A stretch of 64,000 nucleotides of DNA from Candidatus Gottesmanbacteria bacterium (GCA_963714095.1 OY970230.1:388740-452739), one strand, 5' to 3'. Shown: positions 28,442 through 39,703, numbered from the stretch's first letter. The notes: generated from the sequence alone by a model not told the origin. A program made the numbers and translations.

Positions 28442-28945
28442 TTACCGTTTCGGTGATTGCTTTCTCGCTCTCGCTTTTCCAGCGAAACCAGCTTTCCTTC
28501 GCTGCTTGGCTCTGGGGTCTCGCATCAAAAATCCGCGTTTCTTTAATATCGGACGGAATTTTTCCAGATCTACTTTAATGAGAGCTCTGGATAACGCATG
28601 AATGGTTGCTCCCAGTTGCCCAGTCAGTCCCCCACCGGTGGTCGTCACGGATACGGCAAACCTGCTCATGGTATTGGTCGTGCGGAACGGTTCCTGATAT
28701 CGTTTCTTAAATACTTCGCCGGGGAAAAATTTTTCAACGGGCAAACCGTTCACGATCATCGCGCCTTTTTCCACGGACTTGCCGCTAATTGTTATTGCCG
28801 CATCTTTGACAACGTAGAGACGCGCTCTCGCGCTTGCGGTTTTCCTGCGACCCACTGCTTCGTAATACGAAACCTTGTCTTCTTTCACCGCGTCTTTCGC
28901 CGTGTCTTTCTTAACCTCTTTTTCTTTAATCGGTTTGTCTGCCAT
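28442..28945 (-). CDS. rpsI: 30S ribosomal protein S9
   Basis: GRRKTA, GGGLTGQ, RDPR, KARARKQSPKR. Confidence 0.96.
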   Translation of the reverse strand: MADKPIKEKEVKKDTAKDAVKEDKVSYYEAVGRRKTASARARLYVVKDAAITISGKSVEKGAMIVNGLPVEKFFPGEVFKKRYQEPFRTTNTMSRFAVSVTTTGGGLTGQLGATIHALSRALIKVDLEKFRPILKKRGFLMRDPRAKQRRKAGFAGKARARKQSPKR

Positions 28946-28947
28946 AA

Positions 28948-29367
28948 TTATTTTTTAATAAATTTATCTTTATACGGATGATCCGCTTCCGGGTATATAA
29001 AGAGTCGGGTTATGAGTCTATCACGGAGTTTATTTTTGGGCAACATACCCCATACTGCATGGCGGATGGGTTCCGTGGGCTTTTCCTGACGCACCTGCCA
29101 CAACGCTTTTTGTTTGAGCCCACCTGGGTAACCGGAAAAAGTACTATACAACTTTTCCTTATCTTTTTTTCCTGTAACGACAAAATGTGCGGCATTGATA
29201 ACAACGACATTATCACCGCAATCTAGAGAGCGGACGTAATTCTTTTTGCTTTTGCCGATGAGTTTCTGTGCAATCTCGGTTGCTACACGACCCAGCACTT
29301 TGCCTTTCACGTCAACAAGCTGCCAGTTGTGCTCAAGATCTGATATTTTGGTTGCCGGTGTGTTCAT
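28948..29367 (-). CDS. rplM: 50S ribosomal protein L13
   Basis: LGRVAT, DCGD.VVVINA, GYPGGL, GMLPKN. Confidence 0.97.
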   Translation of the reverse strand: MNTPATKISDLEHNWQLVDVKGKVLGRVATEIAQKLIGKSKKNYVRSLDCGDNVVVINAAHFVVTGKKDKEKLYSTFSGYPGGLKQKALWQVRQEKPTEPIRHAVWGMLPKNKLRDRLITRLFIYPEADHPYKDKFIKK

Positions 29368-29368
29368 A

Positions 29369-29782
29369 TTACTTTTTTACTGTAACTTTTTTCACAACTT
29401 TTGGTTTCATGACTTCAACTTTTACTTTTTCGTCAACGAGTTGAAACAATACCTCTTCCGTCACATCTCCAATACGTTTGCCCAAATGGATAATTCTCGT
29501 AAATCCGCTCGTCCGATTCCCAAACCGGGTTTTCGCGTCAGCGAGTAACGCCTTCTCAATATCTTTACTCGCGAGCACTTTCTCAATTTGATTGACGCTT
29601 GCCTGTGATCCGTCCTTTGCCTTCGTAATAAGTTTCTCTATCATTGGCTGGGCAGCTTTCGCTTTTGGCAAGCTGGTTTTAATCACTCCGTGGATAAACA
29701 AATCCCGCGCAAGCCCCTGCAAAAGCCGTTTGCGTTCGTTTTTCGTCCTAGAAAATTTTCGACCGAATACAGAATGTCTCAT
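29369..29782 (-). CDS. rplQ: 50S ribosomal protein L17
   Basis: MRH, EKLITKAK, SGFTRI, RIGD. Confidence 0.97.
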   Translation of the reverse strand: MRHSVFGRKFSRTKNERKRLLQGLARDLFIHGVIKTSLPKAKAAQPMIEKLITKAKDGSQASVNQIEKVLASKDIEKALLADAKTRFGNRTSGFTRIIHLGKRIGDVTEEVLFQLVDEKVKVEVMKPKVVKKVTVKK

Positions 29783-29791
29783 ATAGTACTA

Positions 29792-30712
29792 TTAAACAGC
29801 AAGAGCTACTCCCTTTTCCCGGAGCTTCTCTTCGACGACCGCCAAAGATTTCGTTCCGAGGTTCTTTATCTTCATAAGTTCAGTTTTTGGTGTCCCCAGA
29901 AGCTGACCAATCGTCTCAATACCGCCGTTTGCCAGGGCATTCACGATACGGGTTGGGATATCCAACTCTTCAATACGCATTTTTAAGACTTCATCGGATA
30001 CCGTCGGTGTCACTGCAACTACGTCTGTCGCCCCTACAACTTTCGGTTCATATACTTGTACAAAATACGAAACCAGAATTTTTGCTGCAGATTTTAATGC
30101 TTCAAGAGCGCTCACGGTTCCATCTGTCCACACTTCCATGACAAGCCGGTCTAAATTGGTCATGCGGCCGACACGGGTAGCTTCAACACGATAGTTCACC
30201 CTCGTCACCGGTGAATACAGTGCGTCCACAGACATCACGCCGACTTCATCATGATGTTTTTCATCAGCTGATATATATCCCATACCGCGTTCTGCCGTAC
30301 ATGTTACTTCAAGACTCGCCTTTTTATCAGCAAGGTGTGCAAGAACTAACTCTTTATTCACAATGGTTACCCCTGCCGGAACTTCAATATCTGCGGCTGT
30401 CACTTCTCCAGGTCCGGTTTTTGAAATAGTCAAATTCACCGAGGCATCTCCCTCAACCGTCAGACGGACTTTCTTAAGATTCATCAAAAACTCTACAACG
30501 TCTTCTTTCATGCCGGGAAGCGTGGAAAACTGATGTTTAACGCCTTCAATTTTTGCCGTCACGATGGCACTGCCCGGAAGCGAAGCCAAAAGAACACGTC
30601 GGAGACTGTTACCTAGCGTCTGACCATACCCCTGATCCAGAGGTTCCAGAATAAACTTTCCGTATCCGGGTTTATCAATTGACGTTTCTATTTGAAAATT
30701 AGGGTCTACCAT
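29792..30712 (-). CDS. rpoA: RNA polymerase alpha subunit
   Basis: EPLDQGYGQTLGNSLRRVLL, DALYSPV, alpha-CTD NLGTKS. Confidence 0.98.
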   Translation of the reverse strand: MVDPNFQIETSIDKPGYGKFILEPLDQGYGQTLGNSLRRVLLASLPGSAIVTAKIEGVKHQFSTLPGMKEDVVEFLMNLKKVRLTVEGDASVNLTISKTGPGEVTAADIEVPAGVTIVNKELVLAHLADKKASLEVTCTAERGMGYISADEKHHDEVGVMSVDALYSPVTRVNYRVEATRVGRMTNLDRLVMEVWTDGTVSALEALKSAAKILVSYFVQVYEPKVVGATDVVAVTPTVSDEVLKMRIEELDIPTRIVNALANGGIETIGQLLGTPKTELMKIKNLGTKSLAVVEEKLREKGVALAV

Positions 30713-30785
30713 ATATTTTTATTAATTTAGTGGTGTGTGTTTATAGCTTCCGGATATAAACCCCCGCCGCCAAATTTATCCTTTC

Positions 30786-31406
30786 TTAACGTGAATAATG
30801 TTCTACAATTAACTGCTCACTGATGTCTTCACCAACGTCGGCACGCATTGGCAACCGGACAACCTTGACTACCGGGCCTTTGCGCTCCAACCATTCCGGC
30901 ACTTTTACCGTTTTATCTTCCAATAACCGCTTGACCGCCGGAATCTCCAATGATTTTGACTTCATTGTGATGACCTGATCCTTATCAACGAGAAATGACG
31001 GGATCGTTACTTTCGCGCCATCTACTGTCACATGGCCGTGGTTGACGAATTGCCGCGCGGATGCGCGGGTCGGAGCGATACTCGCCCGATACAATACATT
31101 GTCCAGGCGCCGTTCCATAAATTCCAATAATTTTTCTCCGGTATTGCCTTTCCATTGTTTAGCGCGTTCAAATGTTTTTCTGAATTGCCGCTCCAAAACG
31201 CCGTACATCCGTTTTACTTTTTGTTTCTCACGGAGTTGCTGGCCGAATCCTGATACTTTCCGTTTACCTTTGGCCCCGTGCTGCCCGGGAGGGATATTCG
31301 CACGCCTGAGGTATGCCGCATGGGATTTACTCCCTACGGTTTTGAGACCGAGGTCTATTCCCTCGCGTCGTGACAATCTGTTTTTCGGTCCTGTATATCG
31401 TGCCAT
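30786..31406 (-). CDS. rpsD: 30S ribosomal protein S4
   Basis: MARYTGP, PPGQHG, QLREKQK, RLDNV, HYSR. Confidence 0.98.
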   Translation of the reverse strand: MARYTGPKNRLSRREGIDLGLKTVGSKSHAAYLRRANIPPGQHGAKGKRKVSGFGQQLREKQKVKRMYGVLERQFRKTFERAKQWKGNTGEKLLEFMERRLDNVLYRASIAPTRASARQFVNHGHVTVDGAKVTIPSFLVDKDQVITMKSKSLEIPAVKRLLEDKTVKVPEWLERKGPVVKVVRLPMRADVGEDISEQLIVEHYSR

Positions 31407-31412
31407 AATCTT

Positions 31413-31784
31413 TTACACCCTTCTTTTCTTCTTTGGCCGTACGCCGTTATGCGGCATCGGGGTAACATCTGCAATAAGCGAAATAATAAGCCCCACTGCT
31501 TTTAAACCCCGCAGCGCTGCATCCCGCCCCGCTCCCGGTCCTTTAATATATACTTCCACCTCTCTAAGTCCCTGATCCTGTGCCTTACGGGCGACCGCCT
31601 CTACCGCGGTTGTTGCGGCATACGGAGTGGATTTACGTGCTCCTTTAAACCCCGCCATACCGGATGATCCCCAGCACAACGTATTGCCCTGTTCGTCGGT
31701 AATAGTCACTAATGTGTTGTTAAAGGTCGCTGTGATAAACACTTTTCCTTTTTCAACAACACGATGTACTTTTTTTACTGCCAT
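31413..31784 (-). CDS. rpsK: 30S ribosomal protein S11
   Basis: [27 protein letters not shown]. Confidence 0.98.
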   Translation of the reverse strand: MAVKKVHRVVEKGKVFITATFNNTLVTITDEQGNTLCWGSSGMAGFKGARKSTPYAATTAVEAVARKAQDQGLREVEVYIKGPGAGRDAALRGLKAVGLIISLIADVTPMPHNGVRPKKKRRV

Positions 31785-31787
31785 ATA

Positions 31788-32228
31788 TTATTTTTTCGCC
31801 TCAGCGGCTGACGCCGCAGGGGCTACCGCCGCAGTTGATGCGTCTGTCTTTATACGGTCATCCTTCTTCATAGCACCAATCGTCATACGCTTCCCGCGTT
31901 TCGTACGTGCATTACTCCTTGTCCGCTGCCCGCGAACCGGCAATTTTTTAACATGCCGACCTCCTCTATAGCTGCGGATTTCGATAAGCCGTTTAATATT
32001 ATCGGAAACTTCCTTGCGCAAGTCTCCCTCAACGCTATATCCTTTTTCCAGTATTTTTGCGATTTTATTGACTTCCTCGTCCGTCAATGTCTTCACCCGT
32101 CTTGCGCCGTCCATCTGGGCTTCTTTCAACACCTTCACGACATTACTCCTGCCCACCCCGTAGAGGTAGGTCAATGCAATATCCAGCCGTTTATCGTTTG
32201 GTAAGTCTACTCCTGCAATACGTGCCAT
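31788..32228 (-). CDS. rpsM: 30S ribosomal protein S13
   Basis: [27 protein letters not shown]. Confidence 0.98.
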   Translation of the reverse strand: MARIAGVDLPNDKRLDIALTYLYGVGRSNVVKVLKEAQMDGARRVKTLTDEEVNKIAKILEKGYSVEGDLRKEVSDNIKRLIEIRSYRGGRHVKKLPVRGQRTRSNARTKRGKRMTIGAMKKDDRIKTDASTAAVAPAASAAEAKK

Positions 32229-32231
32229 AAA

Positions 32232-32345
32232 TTATCCCTGTCTTTGTTTATGTTTCGGGTTTTCGCAAATGATGTACACCTTTCCATTCCGGCGTACAAC
32301 TTTACATTTATCACAAATTGTTTTTACGCTTGCTCGTACTTTCAT
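32232..32345 (-). CDS. rpmJ: 50S ribosomal protein L36 (Zn-binding type)
   Basis: [37 protein letters not shown]; missed by ORF track. Confidence 0.98.
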   Translation of the reverse strand: MKVRASVKTICDKCKVVRRNGKVYIICENPKHKQRQG

Positions 32346-32355
32346 ATGTTTTTTA

Positions 32356-32574
32356 TTATTTAACCCGATACGTAATTCTGCCCTTTGTTGAATCGTACGG
32401 TGTTACTTCTACTTTCACTTTGTCTCCGGGCATGATACGGATAAAATTCAACCGCATCTTCCCCGATAAATGACACAAAATAATATGCCCGTTTGCTAAC
32501 TTCACCCGAAACAATGTGTTGGGCAGACATTCCGCTACCACTCCTTCTACTTCAATATTTCCCTGATGGGCCAT
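32356..32574 (-). CDS. infA: Translation initiation factor IF-1
   Basis: [32 protein letters not shown]. Confidence 0.98.
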   Translation of the reverse strand: MAHQGNIEVEGVVAECLPNTLFRVKLANGHIILCHLSGKMRLNFIRIMPGDKVKVEVTPYDSTKGRITYRVK

Positions 32575-32640
32575 AATTACAAAAACAACAAAAATATCCC
32601 TCTTTGAATCGAGGTTTCTGTCAATGCATGCAATTGTACC

Positions 32641-33414
32641 TCAAATACCTCCCGCGGTCAACACTACGGGGCCACCAGACGTAATTGCCAAAGAATGCTC
32701 GAAAACCGACGTTAGGGATCTATCCCTAGTCGCCAGCGTCCAACCATCAGTATTCTCATACACTATTTCACCCCGCCCCATGGCATAAATAGGCTCGATT
32801 GCTATAGTCATCCCTTCAGTAAGCGGCAATGTATTCTCAATGGCACCCCGCAGGTAATTGGGAATCTGCGGCTCTTCATGAAGATCACGGCCCACGCCGT
32901 GCCCGACCAAAGATTTCACGATACTGTACCCCGCGCCTTCAATCGTCTCCTGAACAACCTGTGAAATGTTACCCACGCGGTTGCCGATGATCGCGGCTTT
33001 AATCCCCCTGTCGAGAGCCAGCTTGCCAATCTCAAGAAATTTTTTCGTTGACTCTGGAATTTCGTATTTTTTCGATACAACGACTTTTGTTCCGGCCGTA
33101 TCCGTATGGAATCCTTTGTAAATAAGACCTATGTCAATCGTCAAAACATCTCCATCCTTTAATACGTACTGCGTCGGAATTCCGTGAACCACGACTTCAT
33201 TGACATTGAGACACGTGGCCCAGTGATATCCGGGGACAGTTGCAAATGACGCGGTTGCACCCGCTCTTTCGATTAATTCATTTGCACGCTTCTCTATATC
33301 CATAAGGACGACTCCAGGTTGAGAAAATGTAAGTAGATCGTTGAGAATTACCCCGAGTTTTTTGCCGCCCTCGCGCATAACGGCAATTTCTGTAGGAGTT
33401 TTAATGTGGATCAT
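32641..33414 (-). CDS. map: Methionine aminopeptidase type I
   Basis: NEVVVHGIP, IDIG, HTDTA, GHGVG..LHEEP, IEP, FEHS. Confidence 0.96.
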   Translation of the reverse strand: MIHIKTPTEIAVMREGGKKLGVILNDLLTFSQPGVVLMDIEKRANELIERAGATASFATVPGYHWATCLNVNEVVVHGIPTQYVLKDGDVLTIDIGLIYKGFHTDTAGTKVVVSKKYEIPESTKKFLEIGKLALDRGIKAAIIGNRVGNISQVVQETIEGAGYSIVKSLVGHGVGRDLHEEPQIPNYLRGAIENTLPLTEGMTIAIEPIYAMGRGEIVYENTDGWTLATRDRSLTSVFEHSLAITSGGPVVLTAGGI

Positions 33415-33965
33415 ACAAGTTTTTTGTAAAGCAGCTCCAACTGAGCACGAAATGCTTTTTCATCACTGTCGTTCACTAAAAGATAATCTGCAATAGCAAT
33501 CGGGCCGCCCTTATTGAGATTTTCTAATTCCGCTATATCGCGGCTGCTAGCCTCAGCCTGTGTCAGCGGACGGACCTTCCGTTGACTCAAACGCTTATAC
33601 CGAATCCTCGGAGGAGCATAGATACATAACAGCTGAATCTCAGGAAACTTTCGTTTGAGGAAATTATATTCTTCCCAGGAATATAATCCGTCCAAAACGA
33701 TAACGTTGCTTGTTTTGGCTGCTTCCAGAATCCTGGGCTCTATTTTAATGGCCATCGCCGCCATTCCCAGATCTTTCCGTAAGGATTCACGGACAAACCG
33801 CTCGTTTTTTTCGTTACGCGGGAGGCCCAATTCCTTGAGGCTAATATCCGTCTGATCGCCAAAACGAAGAATTGGAATTCCTTTTTCCCGAAAAAAATCC
33901 GCGGCTACCGTCTTTCCGGCTCCGGGCATTCCGACAATAGCAATAAGTTTACGCTGTGGTTCCAT
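33411..33965 (-). CDS. P-loop NMP-kinase-like protein (dephospho-CoA kinase-like, UPF0200 type)
   Basis: IAIVGMPGAGKT, VLDG, R..RL..R, RD..E, I..ADY. Confidence 0.75.
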   Translation of the reverse strand: MEPQRKLIAIVGMPGAGKTVAADFFREKGIPILRFGDQTDISLKELGLPRNEKNERFVRESLRKDLGMAAMAIKIEPRILEAAKTSNVIVLDGLYSWEEYNFLKRKFPEIQLLCIYAPPRIRYKRLSQRKVRPLTQAEASSRDIAELENLNKGGPIAIADYLLVNDSDEKAFRAQLELLYKKLV

Positions 33966-34536
33966 TAATTTGTTGCATGATGGCCGCGTGTACTTCTTCA
34001 ATCGTCTGATTCGCATTAATTTCGACCAGCACGCCCTTGGCGCGGTAAAAGTCCAACACATCTTTTTCCCCTTCTTTGTACATCGCAAGCCGTGTCTTGA
34101 TACGCTCCGGCGTATCCGCTGTTTCTACACTCCCGGGATGTAATGGCCGAGCCCGTTTAGCCAACCGGCTAATAGACTCTTCTTCGCTTAAATTAAGATA
34201 TATGACTTTTTCTACTTTATAGCCGTATTTATCAATCTTGTCATCTAAAAATTTTGCCTGCTCCACATTTCTGGGGAACCCATCCATAATCCAACCGCCT
34301 TTTGCATCTTCCTCCTTGAGGCGCCACTTCCACAATACAAACATTTCACTGTCGGCAACATACTTCCCTTCTTCCAGTGCCTGACGGCAGACCTCGCCGA
34401 TAATTCCCTTGTCATTTGCCGCCGCGTCACGCACTAAATCGCCGGAGGTAAGAATAGGTAAATGCAACGTATCCGCCAGTAACTTTGCCTGCGTTCCTTT
34501 ACCTGATCCTTCCGGTCCGTAAAAAACAATATGCAT
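33949..34536 (-). CDS. adk: Adenylate kinase (short LID)
   Basis: GPEGSGKGTQA, SGDLVR, DGFPR; located after secY. Confidence 0.93.
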   Translation of the reverse strand: MHIVFYGPEGSGKGTQAKLLADTLHLPILTSGDLVRDAAANDKGIIGEVCRQALEEGKYVADSEMFVLWKWRLKEEDAKGGWIMDGFPRNVEQAKFLDDKIDKYGYKVEKVIYLNLSEEESISRLAKRARPLHPGSVETADTPERIKTRLAMYKEGEKDVLDFYRAKGVLVEINANQTIEEVHAAIMQQINGTTA

Positions 34537-34544
34537 GATCCTCC

Positions 34545-35834
34545 TTATTCTTTTAAATACCCTTCGTAATTTCTCATGACAAGTTGAGCTTCCAATGCTT
34601 TAAATGTCTCCAAAACTACCGATACTACGATGAGGACGCCTGTGCCTCCAATAAGTAATGTCGAGACCCCCGAAATCTGCCGCGCAATAGACGGCAATAT
34701 TGCAATAATCCCCAAAAATAACGCACCTGCAAGCGTAATGCGGGTCAAAATATAATTGAGGTAACCGGCAGTTGCAGTCCCCGGCCGAATACCCGGAATA
34801 AAGCCGCCGTACTTCTGGATTTCTTCCGCAATCTTTTTTGGATTAAACGTAATGGCGGTATAAAAATAGGTAAATCCGATAACGAGGAGAAAATAGATAA
34901 CGTTATACCAGACGCCGTTCGGATTAAAAACATTCGTAAGAAAAACACCCAAACCGGCTAAGGCAGGGCTTTTCACCTGCTTTAAAAATCCGCCGAGTAG
35001 TGACGGCAAAAGTACCATGGAAACGGCAAATATGATAGGGATAACACCTGCCTGATTGACCCGAAGCGGCAAATACGATACATTGCCGCCGTACACTTTA
35101 TTGCCGCGGATTCGGCGGGCATAATGCACCGTAATACGCCTGACTGCTTCGTTCACAAATACGGTCGCCGCAATGACAAGTATCGCCAGTATCCCAAAAA
35201 GAATAATATTCGTAATCCCTTCCGCTGTTGCAGTAGTCGCGACCTGTCCGAATGCAACGGGCAGCCGGCCGACTATTCCGGCAAAAATAAGAAGTGATAT
35301 ACCATTTCCTATTCCATACTCTGTAATCATTTCACCGAACCACATGGCAAGAATTGTCCCCGCCGTCATCGTCACCACCATAGTAATAAGTGCCAAAGGG
35401 TCCAATGTCGCGATGATCCCCTGATTCCGAAGAAGAGCAATCATTCCGATTGATTGCACGGCAGCAAGCGGAACAGTGATAAGGCGCGTGTACTGATTAA
35501 TTTTCTCCCTGCCGTATTCCCCTTCTTTGGATAATTCTTCAAGCTTTGGAAATACAATCTGCAAAAGTTGCAAAATGATGGAGGCGTTGATGTATGGGTT
35601 GAGTCCTAATGCCATGACGGAAAAATTTACGAGCGTCCCGCCGGAAAAAATATCCAATAGTCCCAAAAATTGATTTGATGCAAACAGCGCGGCGAGTTTA
35701 CGAGTATCGACCGCAGGAATCGGGATATGGGCAAACAAACGGAAGACGACAAAAATAAACGCAGTAAGCAAAATTTTCCGTCTCAAGTCCGGTGCTTTCC
35801 AGCTATTGATAAGAGGCGACAAAAATTTATTCAT
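34545..35834 (-). CDS. secY: Preprotein translocase SecY
   Basis: [52 protein letters not shown]. Confidence 0.98.
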   Translation of the reverse strand: MNKFLSPLINSWKAPDLRRKILLTAFIFVVFRLFAHIPIPAVDTRKLAALFASNQFLGLLDIFSGGTLVNFSVMALGLNPYINASIILQLLQIVFPKLEELSKEGEYGREKINQYTRLITVPLAAVQSIGMIALLRNQGIIATLDPLALITMVVTMTAGTILAMWFGEMITEYGIGNGISLLIFAGIVGRLPVAFGQVATTATAEGITNIILFGILAILVIAATVFVNEAVRRITVHYARRIRGNKVYGGNVSYLPLRVNQAGVIPIIFAVSMVLLPSLLGGFLKQVKSPALAGLGVFLTNVFNPNGVWYNVIYFLLVIGFTYFYTAITFNPKKIAEEIQKYGGFIPGIRPGTATAGYLNYILTRITLAGALFLGIIAILPSIARQISGVSTLLIGGTGVLIVVSVVLETFKALEAQLVMRNYEGYLKE

Positions 35835-36273
35835 GTGGCGAGAGAACTTCTCCCCCGGCTTTTTCGATTGCACTCGCTGCGCTCTTTGAACACGGTACCG
35901 CAACTTCAAGTTTTACTGTTACTTTTCCGTTTCCTAAAACTTTCACCCGGGCAGTTGCATTGTCTATCATATGATATTTTTTGAGCGTTTCCAATGTAAC
36001 AGATGTACCCGCAGGTATCGTATTCAATTTCTCAACAGACAGTGGATATGCTTTTCCTAACTGAGACCCGTTGCGACCCTTCCCGCGAAGAAGCGGTAAC
36101 CGTTTAATGAGCGGCAACTGTCCGCCTTCAAATCCTATGTGAATGCTGTCACGGGATTTTTGTCCTTTGGTTCCCCGTCCTGAAGTTTTAACTTTTCCGG
36201 ACCCATGACCGCGCCCAAGGCGCTTTTTCCCCCGCTGTACAATCGATATCGCGTTAAAAGATATATTTGTCAT
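35827..36273 (-). CDS. rplO: 50S ribosomal protein L15
   Basis: [25 protein letters not shown]. Confidence 0.97.
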   Translation of the reverse strand: MTNISFNAISIVQRGKKRLGRGHGSGKVKTSGRGTKGQKSRDSIHIGFEGGQLPLIKRLPLLRGKGRNGSQLGKAYPLSVEKLNTIPAGTSVTLETLKKYHMIDNATARVKVLGNGKVTVKLEVAVPCSKSAASAIEKAGGEVLSPHE

Positions 36274-36731
36274 ATGATTCTCTTTAATCTCAACAATTTA
36301 AGGGCTTCCATCGTGGCATAGACGTTCGATGCCTGATTTTTGCTTCCTAAAATTTTTGATACGATGTCACGGATACCAGCCGCCTCAACGACTGCGCGCA
36401 CCGCTCCCCCTGCTATAACACCAGTTCCTGGAGGCGCGGGTTTAAGCATAATTTTTGCCGCTCCCCGCTTGACACGGATTTCATGCGGTATTGTAGTTCC
36501 CTTCATAGCAACAGTGAACATATGCTTCTGGGCATAACTGACAGCCTTGCGGACTGCCGATGATACATCCGGCGCTCCGCCCAACCCTACACCAACTTTT
36601 CCTTTTTTGTCGCCGACGACGGCAAGCACGGAAAATCCGATTTTATTTCCACCTTTTGTCTTTTTTGAAACGCGGTTAACCTGGACTATTTTTTCTTCGA
36701 GTCCGCTGGTATTTCTTGGTTCACCTCTCAT
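36270..36731 (-). CDS. rpsE: 30S ribosomal protein S5
   Basis: [21 protein letters not shown]. Confidence 0.97.
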   Translation of the reverse strand: MRGEPRNTSGLEEKIVQVNRVSKKTKGGNKIGFSVLAVVGDKKGKVGVGLGGAPDVSSAVRKAVSYAQKHMFTVAMKGTTIPHEIRVKRGAAKIMLKPAPPGTGVIAGGAVRAVVEAAGIRDIVSKILGSKNQASNVYATMEALKLLRLKRII

Positions 36732-37057
36732 ATCTTTAATCCTCCTTCACGTGCGCCGTCTGCTACCTCTTTCACCGTACCGTGAAACCGGTACCCGCTC
36801 CTGTCAAATACGACCGTTTTAATACCTTTTGCGATTGCTAATTTCGCAATTTCCAATCCTAATGCCTTACCTGTTGCTTTATTTTTACCACCCATGCGCT
36901 TGGCAAGGAGTGTTACACCTTTCGTGTCATCAATTATCTGCACTAACACAGCTGTGTTCGAGCGGAATACTGACAACCTCGGCCGTGCTGCAGTCCCGGT
37001 AATTTTTGCACGAACCCGTGCTTTTCGTTTTTGTCTCAAATCAAAACTTTGTTTCAT
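36728..37057 (-). CDS. rplR: 50S ribosomal protein L18
   Basis: [21 protein letters not shown]. Confidence 0.97.
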   Translation of the reverse strand: MKQSFDLRQKRKARVRAKITGTAARPRLSVFRSNTAVLVQIIDDTKGVTLLAKRMGGKNKATGKALGLEIAKLAIAKGIKTVVFDRSGYRFHGTVKEVADGAREGGLKI

Positions 37058-37058
37058 A

Positions 37059-37619
37059 TTATTTCGCTCCTGGAGCTCCTCCTACAGCCTTTGCGGCCTT
37101 GCCTGCTTTTTTACGGATATGTTCTCCCTGATATTTTATTCCTTTACCTTTATATGGCTCAGGCTTTTTTATTTCACGAATTTTGGCTGCAACCTGCCCG
37201 ACTAATTGTTTGTCTGTTCCGGATACGATAATTTTTCCTTCCTGTGCCGCAAACTGAATGCCTGCAGGCGGAATAACAGTCACAGGATGTGAAAATCCTA
37301 AATTCAACGTTAAATTTACACCAGTAACCGCCGCCCGATATCCTACACCGGAAAGCTCCAAGACTCGGGTCCAGCCTTTGGTAACACCGGTAACAAGATT
37401 GTTCAGGTTTGCCCGAACGTATCCATGAAGCGCCCGGGTCGGCTTATCATCACCGCTACGCCTGACTTCGATTTTTCCGTCTGCCACCTTTACGCTCACA
37501 CGCGGGGGCACACGCATTCTGAGTTCACCATTCGGCCCTTTGACCACCACGAGATCATCCGACAGGGTAACCGTCGCTATACTCGGAATACTGATGATTG
37601 CATTGCCTATTCGTGACAT
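37059..37619 (-). CDS. rplF: 50S ribosomal protein L6
   Basis: [26 protein letters not shown]. Confidence 0.97.
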   Translation of the reverse strand: MSRIGNAIISIPSIATVTLSDDLVVVKGPNGELRMRVPPRVSVKVADGKIEVRRSGDDKPTRALHGYVRANLNNLVTGVTKGWTRVLELSGVGYRAAVTGVNLTLNLGFSHPVTVIPPAGIQFAAQEGKIIVSGTDKQLVGQVAAKIREIKKPEPYKGKGIKYQGEHIRKKAGKAAKAVGGAPGAK

Positions 37620-37623
37620 ATGT

Positions 37624-38016
37624 TTACCAAATTTTACATAACAATTCTCCGCCGATACCTTTCTTTTTCGCATCGCGGCCAGTCATAATTCCCAAAGGCG
37701 TCGAGAGTATTGCAATACCCATACCTCCCACCACCTGCGGAATAGTATTCTTATTCACGTACCACCGGAGACCCGGCTTGCTCACGCGTTTCACTCCTGT
37801 AATGACTGACTCGTTGTTCGCATATTTGATTCCGACACGCAGGTTTGCCTTCGGATCCGTTCCGACTTTAACGACGGACGATACGTATCCCTCATCCAAA
37901 AGGATTTTGCCGAGCGCCATCTTGAGTTTGGAATAGGGTAATTCGATCACCGAATTGTGCGCCGCAGCTGCGTTCTTTATTTGTATAAGCATGTCTCCGA
38001 TTGGATCATTTACCAT
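37624..38016 (-). CDS. rpsH: 30S ribosomal protein S8
   Basis: DPIGDML, RVSKPGLR, GGELLCKIW. Confidence 0.97.
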   Translation of the reverse strand: MVNDPIGDMLIQIKNAAAAHNSVIELPYSKLKMALGKILLDEGYVSSVVKVGTDPKANLRVGIKYANNESVITGVKRVSKPGLRWYVNKNTIPQVVGGMGIAILSTPLGIMTGRDAKKKGIGGELLCKIW

Positions 38017-38028
38017 ATATTCTCTCCT

Positions 38029-38214
38029 TTACCAGGACGCTTTTACTACGCCCGGCAACTCTCCTTTATGTGCTAATTTTCTAAAACAGAGCCTGCAGAT
38101 ACCGAACTTCCGCATGTATGCACGGGACCGGCCGCACATCGCGCAGCGGTTATGCTGCCGAACGCGATATTTTTGTTTATGTTCAAACTTAACGATATCT
38201 GATGTTTTAGCCAT
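38029..38214 (-). CDS. rpsN: 30S ribosomal protein S14 type Z
   Basis: [25 protein letters not shown]. Confidence 0.97.
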   Translation of the reverse strand: MAKTSDIVKFEHKQKYRVRQHNRCAMCGRSRAYMRKFGICRLCFRKLAHKGELPGVVKASW

Positions 38215-38758
38215 GTTGCTCCTTTTCAAACGGCATACCGAACAATGTCAAAAGTTTTTTGCTATCCGTGTCATTGCCCGCCGTTGTCACAAACGTCACT
38301 TCAAATCCCCGGGGCCGGTCAATCATGCTGTAATCAAGCTCAGGAAAAATACTCTGTTCGTGAACTCCCAACGTATAATTTCCTTTGCCGTCAAACCCCG
38401 TGGATGGGACGCCGTGAAAATCACGCACGCGCGGGAGTGCCAGCCGGATAAACTTTGTCAGAAAATCATACATTCTTGTGCCCCGCAGTGTTGCCCGCAG
38501 TCCCACCGCATCTCCGGCGCGCAGTTTAAAGGTTGAAATTGCGCGTTTTGCCCTGGTGATCTGGGGTTTTTGCCCAGCAATCACCGCAAGCTGCTTCACC
38601 ATACTATCCAATACTTTTTTATCCGCGAGCGCCTCACGGCCAACGCCGCAGTTTATAACGATTTTGACAAGCCGCGGAATTGCCATGCGGTTGACGATCC
38701 CCGCCTTTTGAAACTCAGGTACTATTTGTTTTATGTAGATATCGTGTAATTCGTGCAT
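38207..38758 (-). CDS. rplE: 50S ribosomal protein L5
   Basis: KIVIN.GVG, GQKP, FKLR, LPRVRDF, FDGKGNY. Confidence 0.97.
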   Translation of the reverse strand: MHELHDIYIKQIVPEFQKAGIVNRMAIPRLVKIVINCGVGREALADKKVLDSMVKQLAVIAGQKPQITRAKRAISTFKLRAGDAVGLRATLRGTRMYDFLTKFIRLALPRVRDFHGVPSTGFDGKGNYTLGVHEQSIFPELDYSMIDRPRGFEVTFVTTAGNDTDSKKLLTLFGMPFEKEQHG

Positions 38759-38762
38759 ACAT

Positions 38763-39068
38763 TTAGATAACTTGATCGCATTTTCTGCAGATCCGTTCTT
38801 TATTATTTTTGACAATCCTGTATCCCAACCGCGTTTGTTTCCCGCATTTAGGACATAGAACGGCGATTTTCCCCATTGAAATAGGATTCACGACTTCTAT
38901 GATGCCTCCGGGGTGCTGCTCATCCCGTTTTTTTTCATGTTTCTTCACGATGTTAACGCCCGGCACGAGAACTTTGGATTCCTTGGGGAATACTTTTTCA
39001 ACCTTCCCCTTTTTTCCTTTGTCTTTTCCTGTCGTCACAATAATCTGATCACCTTTTTTAATTTTCAT
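38763..39068 (-). CDS. rplX: 50S ribosomal protein L24
   Basis: IKKGD.I.V.TGKDKGK; CxxC..CxxC C-terminus. Confidence 0.97.
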   Translation of the reverse strand: MKIKKGDQIIVTTGKDKGKKGKVEKVFPKESKVLVPGVNIVKKHEKKRDEQHPGGIIEVVNPISMGKIAVLCPKCGKQTRLGYRIVKNNKERICRKCDQVI

Positions 39069-39093
39069 ATAAATCTCCGATTTAACCTCCGGT

Positions 39094-39468
39094 TTAATAG
39101 ACCTCCGGCGCCATGCTGATAATTTTGTCAAATCCTTTTTCCTTCAGTTCCCGGGCAACCGGGCCAAAAACGCGTGTACCGCGCGGATTTTTGTCAACGT
39201 CGTTATCAATGAGTACTCCCGCATTATCATCGAAACGGATGTATGACCCGTCAGCCCGATGATATTCCTTGTGTGTACGGACGATAACCACTTTCACGAG
39301 TTCGTCATCTTTCACCATACCCTGCGGGTCGACCTTACGGACGACACACTGCACGATATCACCCAAGCGCGCGAAATTCTGTTTCGATGCGCCGTAAATA
39401 TGGATAATCGACATCAACTGAACTCCTGAATTATCCGCGGCATGTATTTTTGTTTTTCGTTGAACCAT
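39094..39468 (-). CDS. rplN: 50S ribosomal protein L14
   Basis: ADNSG, IRFDDNA, GTRVFGPVAREL, APEV. Confidence 0.97.
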   Translation of the reverse strand: MVQRKTKIHAADNSGVQLMSIIHIYGASKQNFARLGDIVQCVVRKVDPQGMVKDDELVKVVIVRTHKEYHRADGSYIRFDDNAGVLIDNDVDKNPRGTRVFGPVARELKEKGFDKIISMAPEVY

Positions 39469-39469
39469 A

Positions 39470-39703
39470 TTATCCTACCTTTGCAACTACAATAAAGTGT
39501 TTGCGTTTACTCATTGGCTTGGATTCCCTGATCTCTACCTTATCTCCAACCGCAATACCCGCAATTTCATTATGTACGGCGAATTTCCGGTGCCGTTTGA
39601 CTGCCTTTTTATAGAGCGGATGCCTGAATAAATGCACGACCTCAACCGTAATCGTCTTTTGCATGCCAACCGATGTCACAATGCCTGCCTGAGTGTTATT
39701 CAT
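39470..39703 (-). CDS. rpsQ: 30S ribosomal protein S17
   Basis: MQKTITV, HPLYKK, GDKV.I.ESKPMSK. Confidence 0.96.
   Translation of the reverse strand: MNNTQAGIVTSVGMQKTITVEVVHLFRHPLYKKAVKRHRKFAVHNEIAGIAVGDKVEIRESKPMSKRKHFIVVAKVG

Noticed and set aside
30713-30785. Imperfect hairpin between rpsD and rpoA
   Set aside because: Only a 7-bp AT-rich core (GTTTATA/TATAAAC) with many mismatches beyond it and no U tract; too weak to call.
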